A stretch of DNA of 64,000 nt, from the NCBI GenBank assembly GCA_965116025.1, contig OZ220480.1:128001-192000 (forward strand), given 5' to 3'. This DNA comes from an uncultured candidatus Porisulfidus sp. GTDB taxonomy: Bacteria; Pseudomonadota; Gammaproteobacteria; Poriferisulfidales; Poriferisulfidaceae. Both the position numbers and the translations under genes were made by a program. Below are positions 10,306 to 19,915 of this stretch, in pieces. The notes under the pieces were generated by a model. That model worked only from the letters and a program-made list of their open reading frames with translations, was not told the origin of the DNA and made no database searches. Every line of letters starts with the position of its first letter. Positions within the stretch are counted from its first letter, which is position 1.

Positions 10306-10824
10306 ATGCGCACCTTCCGGAAACGCGTCATGGAGCGCGCCAAGAGCCTTACAAAAGAAACGCCACTATGCCCGGCGGGGCCAGCGCGGCTCGTCAACCG
10401 ACCGGCGATGAACCACGCGCTGTCGCGCCTCACGCGATCAGAACGTCTCATGCAGATCTGTCACAGTGCCTGCACACGTCAGATCATGACCCGCTTTGGA
10501 CTTCGGAATCCTTGGAAATATAAGGCGATGGCCACTCTGTTGGAACTGTGGGACGAGACCATTGTCCCTTGTGGCGGAGCCACAACGAACCGGCTCGGGC
10601 TGACGACCCATAATCCGATTCGACGGATCTACTTCACACCTGGGAACGACTGGAAACAGCACTTCGAAAGGCGCGAAATCGTATCGAGTCACGCTCCCGG
10701 CCAGCAACTGGTAGCCCCGCCCCGCGAAGCGGGTAAACATCTCGGTCGCGCGTGCCACCATGCCGGCGTGGATGGAGGAGCCGGTAAGCGAGCACCTGTC
10801 TCATGGCTAATCCTCAATCTCTAG
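10306..10824 (+). pseudogene. Degenerate DUF6088/AbiEi-like antitoxin
   Basis: 'LWDETIVPCGGATTNRLGLTTHNPIRRIYFT' and 'MNHALSRLTRSERLMQI' resemble DUF6088 wHTH antitoxins; many non-conservative changes and a garbled C-terminus. Confidence 0.6.
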
Positions 10825-11000
10825 ATCTTCCCGCCGATGACCGTCGCGCAGTCTTGGCGATAGCGGCGAGAAACCAAGGCCAAGCGGCGTATCTTCCAGA
10901 GAAGGATATCTGGGTCGGCGCGCGGCTTGACAGCCAGTTTCGTGCCCCGTTCGCTGAGCCGCTGATCATTGAAAGCCGCGGAACGGCGATCAGTCATTGA
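10803..11000 (+). pseudogene. N-terminal fragment of AbiEii-family nucleotidyltransferase toxin
   Basis: 'DDRRAVLAIAA...AYLPEKDIWV...PLIIESRGTAIS' matches the AbiEii N-terminus (LLEKD.WV...LVFKGGTSLS) but is degenerate and ends after 65 aa; overlaps the antitoxin. Confidence 0.6.
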
Positions 11001-11008
11001 AAGGGCCC

Positions 11009-11959
11009 ATGCCCACCGAGCCCACTCCACGTTCCCGCACCAACGGCGACTGGACCGTCCTCGGCGTCAGCGGACCTGACGCGCGCGATTTTCTGCACGG
11101 CCAGCTCACCAACGACCTCCTGTCTCTTCCGAAGGATCGAGCCCAGTTGTCTGCCTACTGCGCGCCCAAGGGACAGATGATCGCCAACTTCCTGATCTGG
11201 CGAGCACTCGACGACTCGTTCCGCATCCTGCTTCCCCCAGGCATGGAAACGCACGTGTCGAACCGCCTGCGAATGTTCCAATTACGCGCCGATATCGAGA
11301 TCGAATCGCTGGCGGAATCGCTCCTCCTCTCCGGGGTCGAGGAATCCCATATCGGAGAGTCGCCCGACCTTCCCACGCCGCCGTCCTCCGCGCTCGACAA
11401 AATAGAGACCGAATCCCGCTCCATGATCGCTTGGCCGGGGCCGCGTCGACGGTGGCTGGTGATTCGCCATATTAGCGAGGGCCTCTCTCTGGAGGAGAAG
11501 AAAAGGAAGGTTTCGGGCTTGAGCTCTGATGAATGGCGACTTTGGGATATTGAGGATGGCGTCCCGTTCGTCCGCGCCGAGAACCGCGAGCATTTCGTCC
11601 CGCAACACTTGAACCTGGACTTGATCGGCGCGATCAATTTCGAGAAAGGATGCTACCCTGGCCAAGAAGTGGTCGCACGCATGCGATACCGGGGCCAAGT
11701 CAAGTTCCGCGCCTACCGCTTGAGCGGCGACCTTGAGCGAGCTCCAGCCCCGGGCGACCCCATTCATCTGGGCGATGCCCCTGCCACTCGTCCCTGCGGG
11801 CGGGTGATCGATGCCCGCGTCCCTCCCGAAGGCGGTCCTTGCCAGATTCTGGCCTCCGTCCGCGTGGCGGACGCCAGCGCGCCATTGCGCGCGCATAGTC
11901 CGGATGGCCCGGCGCTCAAGCGGCTCCCGCTCCCCTACGAACTACCTGAGGACGACTGA
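11009..11959 (+). CDS. ygfZ: Folate-binding Fe-S cluster repair/tRNA-modifying protein YgfZ
   Basis: Signature KGCYPGQE and N-terminal 'G.DARDFLHGQLTND'. Confidence 0.92.
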   Translation: MPTEPTPRSRTNGDWTVLGVSGPDARDFLHGQLTNDLLSLPKDRAQLSAYCAPKGQMIANFLIWRALDDSFRILLPPGMETHVSNRLRMFQLRADIEIESLAESLLLSGVEESHIGESPDLPTPPSSALDKIETESRSMIAWPGPRRRWLVIRHISEGLSLEEKKRKVSGLSSDEWRLWDIEDGVPFVRAENREHFVPQHLNLDLIGAINFEKGCYPGQEVVARMRYRGQVKFRAYRLSGDLERAPAPGDPIHLGDAPATRPCGRVIDARVPPEGGPCQILASVRVADASAPLRAHSPDGPALKRLPLPYELPEDD

Positions 11960-11960
11960 A

Positions 11961-12116
11961 ATGTCTCGAATGATGCTAATCCTGTACCTGGCGATCCTGT
12001 TCCTGATAAGCGGTTACATCCTGTTCAAACGCCATCGAGACATAGGCATTCTCCTCTATCTTCTCGGAGCGATCACCGTCGGGCTGGCGATTATCGGCTT
12101 CTTGGAAATCGTCTGA
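11961..12116 (+). CDS. Small hypothetical membrane protein (51 aa, two hydrophobic helices)
   Basis: ATG 1 nt after the ygfZ stop, GAGGA upstream; MSRMMLILYLAILFLISGYILFKRHRDIGILLYLLGAITVGLAIIGFLEIV. Confidence 0.6.
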   Translation: MSRMMLILYLAILFLISGYILFKRHRDIGILLYLLGAITVGLAIIGFLEIV

Positions 12117-12122
12117 CCCGGA

Positions 12123-13622
12123 TCAATTCGCCTCTGGACGCATGTGCGGGAACAGCAACACGTCCCGGATCGACGGCGCGTCGCAGAAAAACATCGCCAG
12201 CCGGTCGATCCCGACCCCGATCCCCGCGGTCGGCGGCATGCCGTGCTCCAAGGCGCGAATGTAGTCGGCATCGTAGCGCATGGCCTCTTGATCGCCCGCG
12301 TCCAGCCTTTCCACCTGCGCCCGAAACCGCTCCGCCTGATCCTGTGGATCGTTCAGCTCGGAAAATCCATTCGCAAGCTCCCGCCCGGCCACGAATAGCT
12401 CGAAGCGGTCGACCAAGCTGGAGTCATGGTCGCAACACCGCGCCAGCGGCGAGACCTCCAACGGATATTCGGTCACGAACGTAGGCTGTTCCAGCCGCTC
12501 CTCCACCGATGCCTCGAACAGATCGAAAAGCAGTCCGCCCGCGCCTCGGTTTCGGTCCACGTCCACCCCATTGTCCCTGCACAGCCCCGCCAGCAACTCC
12601 CGGTTCGACAGGTCAGCGCACGCCAAGCTTGGGTGACGCTCCAGCACCGCCTCGGCCATCGTCACTCTTCGGAAGGGCTTTCGCAGGTCGTATTCCCGCC
12701 CCTGAAAAGATACCATCTCGTCTCCCAGCACGACCCGCGCCGTCTCCCGCATCAACTCTTCCGCGAGGTCCATCAGATCCCGGTAGTCCGCGAACGCCTG
12801 GTACAGCTCCATCATGGTGAACTCCGGGTTGTGCCGCGACGACACTCCCTCGTTTCGGAAACTGCGGTTGATCTCGAACACCTTCTCGAAGCCGCCGACC
12901 ACCAGGCGCTTGAGATACAGCTCCGGCGCGACGCGCAGGTACAGGTCTTGGTCCAGCGCGTTGTGGTGGGTTACGAAAGGCCGTGCCGCCGCGCCACCCG
13001 CGATCGGATGCATCATGGGCGTCTCGACCTCCAAGAATCCTTTTCGCTCCAGTTGCCGCCGCAGGCAGTCCAGCATCCGGCCGCGCCGCAGAAACGCGTC
13101 CCGAGCGTCTTGGTTCATGATGAGATCCACGTAACGTTGCCGATAGCGTCGCTCAATGTCCGTCAGTCCATGGTATTTCTCGGGAAGCGGCCGCAGGGAC
13201 TTGCTCAGTAGCCGCAACTCCCGGGCATCGACCGACAGTTCCCCGGTGCGGGTCTTCATCAGGGCGCCGCGCGCGGCGATGATGTCGCCGATGTCCCACG
13301 TCTTGAATTCGGCGTACCCGTCCTCGCCCAGCTCGTCGCGGCGAACCAACAGCTGAATCCGTCCGGTCTGGTCCTGCATGTGCGCGAACGCGGACTTGCC
13401 CATAACTCGGCGGCTCATCAGCCGCCCGCCCAAGGCCACGTCCACCCGTTCGCTCGCCAGCTCCTCCGCCAACCGCTCGCCATGCGCCTCGCGCAACTCT
13501 CGCGCCGCGCTCGTGGGGCGAAAGTCGTTTGGATAGGCCCAGCCGGACTCCCGTAGCTCCCGTAACTTCTCCCGCCGCCGCGCGAGCAACCGCTCCTCGC
13601 CGGTTTTCATCTTGGCTATCAC
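12123..13622 (-). CDS. lysS: Lysine--tRNA ligase (class II)
   Basis: '[10 protein letters not shown]', '[15 protein letters not shown]', '[15 protein letters not shown]'; follows prfB. Confidence 0.97.
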   Translation of the reverse strand: MIAKMKTGEERLLARRREKLRELRESGWAYPNDFRPTSAARELREAHGERLAEELASERVDVALGGRLMSRRVMGKSAFAHMQDQTGRIQLLVRRDELGEDGYAEFKTWDIGDIIAARGALMKTRTGELSVDARELRLLSKSLRPLPEKYHGLTDIERRYRQRYVDLIMNQDARDAFLRRGRMLDCLRRQLERKGFLEVETPMMHPIAGGAAARPFVTHHNALDQDLYLRVAPELYLKRLVVGGFEKVFEINRSFRNEGVSSRHNPEFTMMELYQAFADYRDLMDLAEELMRETARVVLGDEMVSFQGREYDLRKPFRRVTMAEAVLERHPSLACADLSNRELLAGLCRDNGVDVDRNRGAGGLLFDLFEASVEERLEQPTFVTEYPLEVSPLARCCDHDSSLVDRFELFVAGRELANGFSELNDPQDQAERFRAQVERLDAGDQEAMRYDADYIRALEHGMPPTAGIGVGIDRLAMFFCDAPSIRDVLLFPHMRPEAN

Positions 13623-14714
13623 AGCCCCGCCTTGAGGCTCGCCTCGAGGAAAGCGTCCAGATCTCCGTCCAGCACGGTCTGCGGCGCTCCCGTCTCGACC
13701 TGAGTTCGCAAGTCCTTGATTCGCGACTGGTCCAGAACGTAGGACCGAATCTGGCTGCCCCAGCCGATATCCGCTTTCTCTCCGGCGCTTTCCCGCTCGG
13801 CCTCGCGCCGCTTTCGCTCCTCAATTTGGTAGAGCTTAGCCCGCAACTGCCGCATCGCCATCTCCTTGTTCTTGTGTTGCGAGCGACTATTCTGGCACTG
13901 CGTGACCACGCCGCTTGGCAGGTGCGTCAGCCGCACCGCCGATTCGGTCTTGTTAACGTGCTGCCCTCCCGCCCCACTGGCCCGGTACACGTCGATCCGA
14001 AGGTCGCTGGGGTCGATCTCGATCTCGATCTCGTCGCTGACCACCGGGGAGGCGATCACCGAGGCGAACGAGGTATGTCGCCGGTTTCCGGAATCGAACG
14101 GCGACTTGCGCACCAGCCGGTGCACCCCGGTCTCCGTCCGCAACCAGCCATAGCAATAATCGCCGGCGTACTTGACGGTCGCGCTTTTGATCCCCGCCAC
14201 TTCGCCCGCCGACGCGGCGATCAGCTCGGTGCCGAAGCCGCGCTTCTCTCCCCATCGAAGATACATGCGCAACAGCATCTCGGCCCAATCCTGCGCCTCG
14301 GTGCCGCCGGACCCGGCTTGGATATCGAGAAAGGCATCGCCCGCGTCAAAGCGCCCGGAAAACATGCGGCGGAACTCCAGATCGCGCGTCCGCTTCGCGC
14401 ACTCCCGGACATCATCCGCCAAAGCATCCAGCGCCTCCTCATCCTTTTCTTCCAGCGCTAGCTCCAGCAAGTCGCCGGCGTCGCGCAGGGAATCGCCGAG
14501 ATCGTCCAGCGTCCCGACGACGGACTCCAGTCGAGCCCGCGTCTGTCCCAAGTCGCGCGCTTGGCCCGGGTCCTTCCAGACTTCAGGGCTTTCCAGGCGT
14601 TTTCTTATCTCGTCCAGCTGACGGCGCTTACCGTCGATGTCAAAGATACCCCCTGAGCGCGTCCACCCGCTGTGTCAGGTCGCGCAACTGTTCCGGCAGT
14701 GAGATCTCTTCCAT
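13619..14714 (-). CDS. prfB: Peptide chain release factor 2 (programmed +1 frameshift)
   Basis: ATG at 14714 gives [10 protein letters not shown]...ALRGYL, then CTT-TGA-C; downstream frame carries SPF and GGQ motifs. Confidence 0.96.
14639..14654 (-). promoter_or_regulatory. prfB autoregulatory frameshift site (AGGGGG-TAT-CTT-TGA-C)
   Basis: Matches the canonical internal SD plus slippery CUU UGA C. Confidence 0.95.
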
Positions 14715-14738
14715 GGTCGGGGCCTCGCAGGCGGCGAA

Positions 14739-16001
14739 TTATACGCGGATCTGGCCGTCTCCGTACACTACGTACTTCTGGCTGGTCAGTCCCTCCAGCC
14801 CCACCGGCCCCCGCGCGTGCAGCTTGTCCGTGCTGATCCCGATCTCCGCGCCCAATCCGTATTCGAAGCCGTCCGCGAACCGGGTCGAGGCGTTGACCAT
14901 CACCGAGCTGGAATCCACCTCGCGCAGGAATCTCTGGGCCCGCTCCTCGTCCTCGGTGATGATCGCGTCCGTATGGCTCGACCCGTGCTTCGCGATGTGC
15001 TCCATGGCCTCGTCCAGGCCAGCGACCACGCGCGCCGACAAGATCGGCGACAGGTATTCCTCGCTCCAGTCCTCCTCGACCGCGGGCACGGCCCCCTCCA
15101 GCAACGCGCAGGTTCGCGGGCAACCGCGGACCTCCACGCCATGCTCGGCATAGGCCGCGCCTAGAACCGGCAACAGCTCCTCCGCGCGGGACTCCGCCAC
15201 CAGCAAGGTCTCCATCGCGTTGCATACCCCGTAGCGCTGGGTCTTGGCGTTGACGGCGATCCGGATAGCCCGTTCCGAGTCGGCCGCGTCGTCAATATAC
15301 ACGTGGCACACCCCGTGCAGGTGCTTGAGGACCGGAATGCGCGTCCGGTCACGGACCCGCTTGATCAGCTCCGTGCCGCCCCGAGGGATGATCAGGTCCA
15401 CCCACTCGTCCATCTCGAGCAACGCGTCGATCGCGGCACGGTCGGTGGTCGGCAACAGCTGCGCGCCGTCCGCGGGCAGCGAGACCCGTCGCAACCCCTC
15501 CCGCAAACACTCGATCAGGGCCTGATTGGAGCGCCGCGACTCCGATCCGCCGCGCAGAATGACCGCGTTGCCAGATTTCACGCACAGCCCCCCCGCTTCC
15601 ACGGTGACGCCGGGGCGGGCCTCGTAGATCATCCCGATGACCCCGATCGGGACGCGCATCCGGCCGATTTTCAGGCCATTGGGCTGGCGCCGCATATCCG
15701 AGACCCGGCCCAGAAGATCCGGCAACTCGGCGATATGCTCCAACTCCACCGCCAACGCCTCCAGCCGCGGTCCGTCCAGAGCCAAGCGATCCAAAAACGC
15801 CTCGTTCCGACGCTCCCGCGCCTCGTCGACATCCGTGGCGTTAGCCTCGAGAATCGCGTCCGCGCGCTCCCGCAGCAAGCGGGCCGTGCCCCGCAAAGCG
15901 TCATCGCGCGCCGCTCTGTCGGAGGACGCGATCATCCGTCCGGCCGCGCGCGCCGCTGGACCCAGCGCGGCCACTCGAGCGTCCATGCTCTTAGCGGACA
16001 C
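14739..16001 (-). CDS. proA: Gamma-glutamyl phosphate reductase
   Basis: 'VNASTRFADGFEYGLGAEIGIST', 'CNAMETLLV'. Confidence 0.96.
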   Translation of the reverse strand: MSAKSMDARVAALGPAARAAGRMIASSDRAARDDALRGTARLLRERADAILEANATDVDEARERRNEAFLDRLALDGPRLEALAVELEHIAELPDLLGRVSDMRRQPNGLKIGRMRVPIGVIGMIYEARPGVTVEAGGLCVKSGNAVILRGGSESRRSNQALIECLREGLRRVSLPADGAQLLPTTDRAAIDALLEMDEWVDLIIPRGGTELIKRVRDRTRIPVLKHLHGVCHVYIDDAADSERAIRIAVNAKTQRYGVCNAMETLLVAESRAEELLPVLGAAYAEHGVEVRGCPRTCALLEGAVPAVEEDWSEEYLSPILSARVVAGLDEAMEHIAKHGSSHTDAIITEDEERAQRFLREVDSSSVMVNASTRFADGFEYGLGAEIGISTDKLHARGPVGLEGLTSQKYVVYGDGQIRV

Positions 16002-17010
16002 GCTCGGAAATCCCCCGCACGGGCAGCAATCGGTCTTTTCTCGAGAACGCCAGGCAGGCGTTCTGGATGGCGGCCCACGGGTTCTCCGATCCCAGGCCCT
16101 TGACCACCCGCTCCAGCTGGATGAAACGTCTCAGCATCGCCCGAAAATGCTCGCGGGGATACTGCGCCAAAGCCCTCTTCAGAGCATCGCGGCGGGCAAA
16201 TGGAAAGACCGACTCCAGACCGGACGGCTCTCGGCTCAGAGCGAGCGCCTGCCGCGCCTCGCGCAGCAACGTGGCGTGCGTCGCGACCGGGTCACGCCCC
16301 TCGCTCTCGAGATTCCGCGCCACACTGACGACGCGCCGCCCCCGACCCTGCAGCATGGCCAAGGCGAGGTCCATCGGCTCGTAGCGGGAATCTTGCCCCA
16401 TCAACCGCCGCAACGACTCCAGCGGAACCGGCCCCGGACCGTTCAGAATGCGCAACTTCCGCAACTCTTGCTCGGCCGCCAGCAGGTTGCCTTCCGCGCG
16501 CGACAAGAAATACTCCACCTCGACCGTGCCCAGTTCCAGCTCGAATCTCCGCAAGGCCGCCCCCAGCCACTGTCGCGTCTCTCTCTCGTCCAACGGCATG
16601 ATCCGCACGATCAGCCCGATCTTGTCGATAGCGCGCGCCCAGGCCTCGCCCAAGGCCCGGTTGTCGAGCCGGGGCGTCTGCAGGGTGACCAGACTCCCCT
16701 CCGGGGGCCGCGCGCACCATTCCTTGAGCCGGGACTTCGCCGTCGCGTCCAGCTTGCCGCTGAGCAGACGCAAATCCAGCATCGCCTGGTCGCCGAACAG
16801 GGATGGGCCGCACAGCGTGAACAGCTCCTCCCAAGCGAAGCCTCGCTCGACGATGCGCAACTCGCGCCGGTCGAAGCCTTCCCGCTTCGCCCGCGCGCGG
16901 ATCATCCGCGCCGCGTCCCGCATGTGCACGGGCTCGTCCCCGGTGATCAAGTACACCGGGCGAAGCGGGCCGCTCAGGGCCTCGCGGAGCTTCCGAAAAT
17001 AGGTTTTCAC
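15991..17010 (-). CDS. holA: DNA polymerase III delta subunit
   Basis: 'LRPVYLITGDEP', 'SLFGD', 'EGNLLAAEQELRKL'; GTG start at 17010 inferred. Confidence 0.88.
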   Translation of the reverse strand: MKTYFRKLREALSGPLRPVYLITGDEPVHMRDAARMIRARAKREGFDRRELRIVERGFAWEELFTLCGPSLFGDQAMLDLRLLSGKLDATAKSRLKEWCARPPEGSLVTLQTPRLDNRALGEAWARAIDKIGLIVRIMPLDERETRQWLGAALRRFELELGTVEVEYFLSRAEGNLLAAEQELRKLRILNGPGPVPLESLRRLMGQDSRYEPMDLALAMLQGRGRRVVSVARNLESEGRDPVATHATLLREARQALALSREPSGLESVFPFARRDALKRALAQYPREHFRAMLRRFIQLERVVKGLGSENPWAAIQNACLAFSRKDRLLPVRGISERVR

Positions 17011-17259
17011 GACGCGTCCATGATGCGCTCGTATTGTAACGGCCACGAGCGAAACCGATCGGATTTGGCATCGACGCGCGCGAGCGGGAAGAGCGGGCCC
17101 GCCACGAACATCGGTCGCAGCCAGCGAAAGAGACGCTCCAACTCAATGATCGCGCCTCGAAAGGCTTCCCGCGCCCGGGACGGCGTCAAGCGTAAAATGA
17201 AGATCGCTCGCCCAAGGCGACAATGATCGATTCCCATGAATCTCGACGAGGATTAGCGC

Positions 17260-18462
17260 GTGGCCGAACCGAACTGGAAGTCCAGAACTATCTGGACGGG
17301 CGACAACCTCGATATCATGCGGGGCATGAACTCCAATACGGTCGACTTGATCTACTTGGACCCCCCGTTTAATTCCAAACACGATTACGCCACGCCTATT
17401 GGAAGCAAAGCGGCAGGGGCCGCGTTCAAAGACACCTGGACATTGCGGGACGTGGACATCGCTTGGCTCGACCTGGTGGAAGCGAAACACTCAAAACTGC
17501 ACCGCGTCATTCTCGCGGCCATGAGCCAATCGGACAAGTCGTACTTGATCTATATGGCGGTACGACTGCTAGAAATGCGCCGAATCCTGAAACTGGAGGG
17601 ATCGGTCTATCTCCATTGCGACCCGACCATGAGCCACCACCTGAAACTGATGATGGACGCGATTTTCGGAAGGAAATATTTCCGCAACGAGGTGATCTGG
17701 CATTACCGAAAATGGTCTTCAGGGAAATACCAATTTCAGCGCAATCACGACATCGTTCTCTTTTACGGGAAAGAAGGAAAAGAGCGGCCTTTCAACCAAC
17801 TCTATATGCGCCGGGCGGAGTCCACGCGAAAACGGTTTGGGACCGGAAAGATCGTTTCTGGACATGACGAATATGGCAAGCGCGTTCCGTCCACGACGAA
17901 GGGCGAATCCATCGGGGTCAGGCAGGATGACGTGTGGCTGATCAAGCGCGTGCCACCGGTGAAGCAGATTTATCCGACCCAAAAACCTCTCGCGTTGCCA
18001 GAACGTATCGTCAAGGCGTCAAGTGATCCCGATGACGTGGTACTGGACCCCTTCTGCGGATGCGCGACCACGCTGGTCGCGGCGGACGATTCGCGACGGA
18101 AATGGGTGGGCATCGACATATCGGAGAAAGCGGCGGAACTGGTAGTGCGCCGCGTCGAGGAGCGACAAGGATTGTTCCGCGATATCACGCACCGCACCGA
18201 CATTCCCCAACGAACGGATATTGGCGATCTGCCGCCATACAACAGCGCGACGAACAAGCGAAAGCTTTATAGGGAACAGGAAGGAAACTGCGCGGGTTGC
18301 GGCACGCATTTCGAGGCCCGGCATCTGGAGATCGACCATATCATCGCGCGCGGGAAAGGCGGAACCGACCATCTCGACAACCTGCAATTGCTTTGCGGCT
18401 CCTGCAACAAAATCAAGGGTGATCGAGGCATGGAGTACCTGCTCGCCAAACTGCAACTATAG
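17260..18462 (+). CDS. Beta-class N6A/N4C DNA methyltransferase fused to a C-terminal HNH endonuclease domain
   Basis: Motif IV DPPF precedes motif I LDPFCGCATT, plus YPTQKP; C-terminal CAGC...EIDHIIARGKGGTDHLDNLQLLCGSCN (HNH with 2x CxxC). Confidence 0.9.
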   Translation: MAEPNWKSRTIWTGDNLDIMRGMNSNTVDLIYLDPPFNSKHDYATPIGSKAAGAAFKDTWTLRDVDIAWLDLVEAKHSKLHRVILAAMSQSDKSYLIYMAVRLLEMRRILKLEGSVYLHCDPTMSHHLKLMMDAIFGRKYFRNEVIWHYRKWSSGKYQFQRNHDIVLFYGKEGKERPFNQLYMRRAESTRKRFGTGKIVSGHDEYGKRVPSTTKGESIGVRQDDVWLIKRVPPVKQIYPTQKPLALPERIVKASSDPDDVVLDPFCGCATTLVAADDSRRKWVGIDISEKAAELVVRRVEERQGLFRDITHRTDIPQRTDIGDLPPYNSATNKRKLYREQEGNCAGCGTHFEARHLEIDHIIARGKGGTDHLDNLQLLCGSCNKIKGDRGMEYLLAKLQL

Positions 18463-18489
18463 ACGGTCGCTCCAGAACCCACCCAGCGT

Positions 18490-19452
18490 ATGGCCTCAAA
18501 TCTCTCCATCGGATGGATCGGCCCCGGCATCATGGGCCGGCCGATGGCCCTCAATCTGCTACGCGCCGGCCACCCCGTCATGGCGTTCGCGCGCCGACCC
18601 AAACAGCTGGCTCCCTTAGTCGAGGCCGGAGCCACAACTGGAGACAGCCCGGCCGAAGTCAGCTCGGACACCGACCTGACCATCGTCATGGTGGCGGACA
18701 CCCCGGACATGCTGGAAGTCGTCACCGGAAAGCATGGCATCGCCGAAGGAGCCCGACCCGGGCATGTCGTGATCGACATGAGCACCGTCTCGCCAACCGA
18801 AACCCGGGCAGTAGCCCGGAAGCTGGAAGCGAACGGCGTCGCCATGCTGGACGCTCCGGTATCCGGCGGCGAGGCCGGGGCGATAGACGGCGCGCTGTCG
18901 ATCATGGTCGGCGGGCCGGAAGAGGTCTTCAAGCGCGTCCGCCCGGTTCTCGAGATCCTCGGAAAACAAGTGCACCGAATCGGGGACGCAGGTGCTGGAC
19001 AGGTGGCCAAAGCATGCAACCAGCTGCTCGTCGCGCAAACGATGACGGCGGTGGCGGAGGCATTCCTGCTCGCGGAAGCGAGCGGCGTGAGCCGCGAGCG
19101 GACGCGCGAGGCACTGCTCGGAGGCTTCGCCTACAGCCGCGTCTTGGAAGTTCACGGACAACGCATGCTGACCGAAGACTACCGACCCGGTTTCAAGGCC
19201 GAGTTGCACCTCAAGGACCTCAAGATCGTGGAGCGGGAAGCTCGGGAAGCAGGCCTCTCATTGCCCGGAGCGACCGACGCGTCGCGCCTGATGGAGCGGC
19301 TGGTCGCGCACGGCGATGGCGGGCTGGATTCCGCGGCGCTGGCGAAAATGGTTCACCAGCGCTCCCGGAAAACACCTGAATCCAAGCCAAAACCCACCTT
19401 ATCGGACAGAAAGCCGAAAGCGTGCGGGCTGGCTTCAGGAGCCCGAAGTTGA
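18490..19452 (+). CDS. NAD(P)-dependent beta-hydroxyacid dehydrogenase (2-hydroxy-3-oxopropionate reductase/GarR-like)
   Basis: GWIGPGIMG Rossmann motif, LDAPVSGG, GAGQVAKACNQ, FKAELHLKDL. Confidence 0.88.
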   Translation: MASNLSIGWIGPGIMGRPMALNLLRAGHPVMAFARRPKQLAPLVEAGATTGDSPAEVSSDTDLTIVMVADTPDMLEVVTGKHGIAEGARPGHVVIDMSTVSPTETRAVARKLEANGVAMLDAPVSGGEAGAIDGALSIMVGGPEEVFKRVRPVLEILGKQVHRIGDAGAGQVAKACNQLLVAQTMTAVAEAFLLAEASGVSRERTREALLGGFAYSRVLEVHGQRMLTEDYRPGFKAELHLKDLKIVEREAREAGLSLPGATDASRLMERLVAHGDGGLDSAALAKMVHQRSRKTPESKPKPTLSDRKPKACGLASGARS

Positions 19453-19553
19453 CATCGCGGGCGGATGCGACAGAATGAGCGCGTCATGCCAAAGTGGCCG
19501 GATTCGCTCCAAGATCCGCTGGTGCCACATCCCCCGAGGGTGGTTCGAGAAAC

Positions 19554-19915
19554 ATGACTGAACTAAGTTTCGATCAGAAGCTACGCAAGGCAATAGACGA
19601 AGGTGCGGAAATCTCTGGTGGGGCTATCGGAGGTGCGCTTGGCGTGATCTCTGGAGACCCTGCGCTAATGGCGACATTGGGGGCAACTGGTGTCGCAGCA
19701 GGAAGCGCATTGCGGCGAATAGGCCACGAAATCGTCAATCGCATGTTGGGGCCAAGGGAACAAAAGCGGATCGGAGCTGTAGTGGCGATTATCGCCAAAG
19801 ACATTTACGCCCGAATGCAACGCGGTGAAAAAGTCAGGCGTGACGGCTTTTTCAATCAAGATCCAAACAGCAGAAGCGAAGCGGAAGAAGTCGCGGAGAG
19901 CATTTTCTTGAAATG
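19554..19915 (+). pseudogene. Hypothetical gene truncated by the IS30 element
   Basis: MTELSFDQKLRKAIDEG...AEEVAESIFLKC runs directly into the IS inverted repeat; base composition less GC-rich than core genes. Confidence 0.65.

Noticed and set aside
14639-14654. In-frame stop in prfB as pseudogene or novel recoding
   Set aside because: Canonical, well-described RF2 +1 programmed frameshift.
15637-17226. Long alternative ORFs (529 aa here; also 32708-34708, 19913-21256, and N-terminal extensions of hda, hisD, gmhA)
   Set aside because: Overlap well-supported genes on the other strand or frame; expected in high-GC DNA; no motifs.
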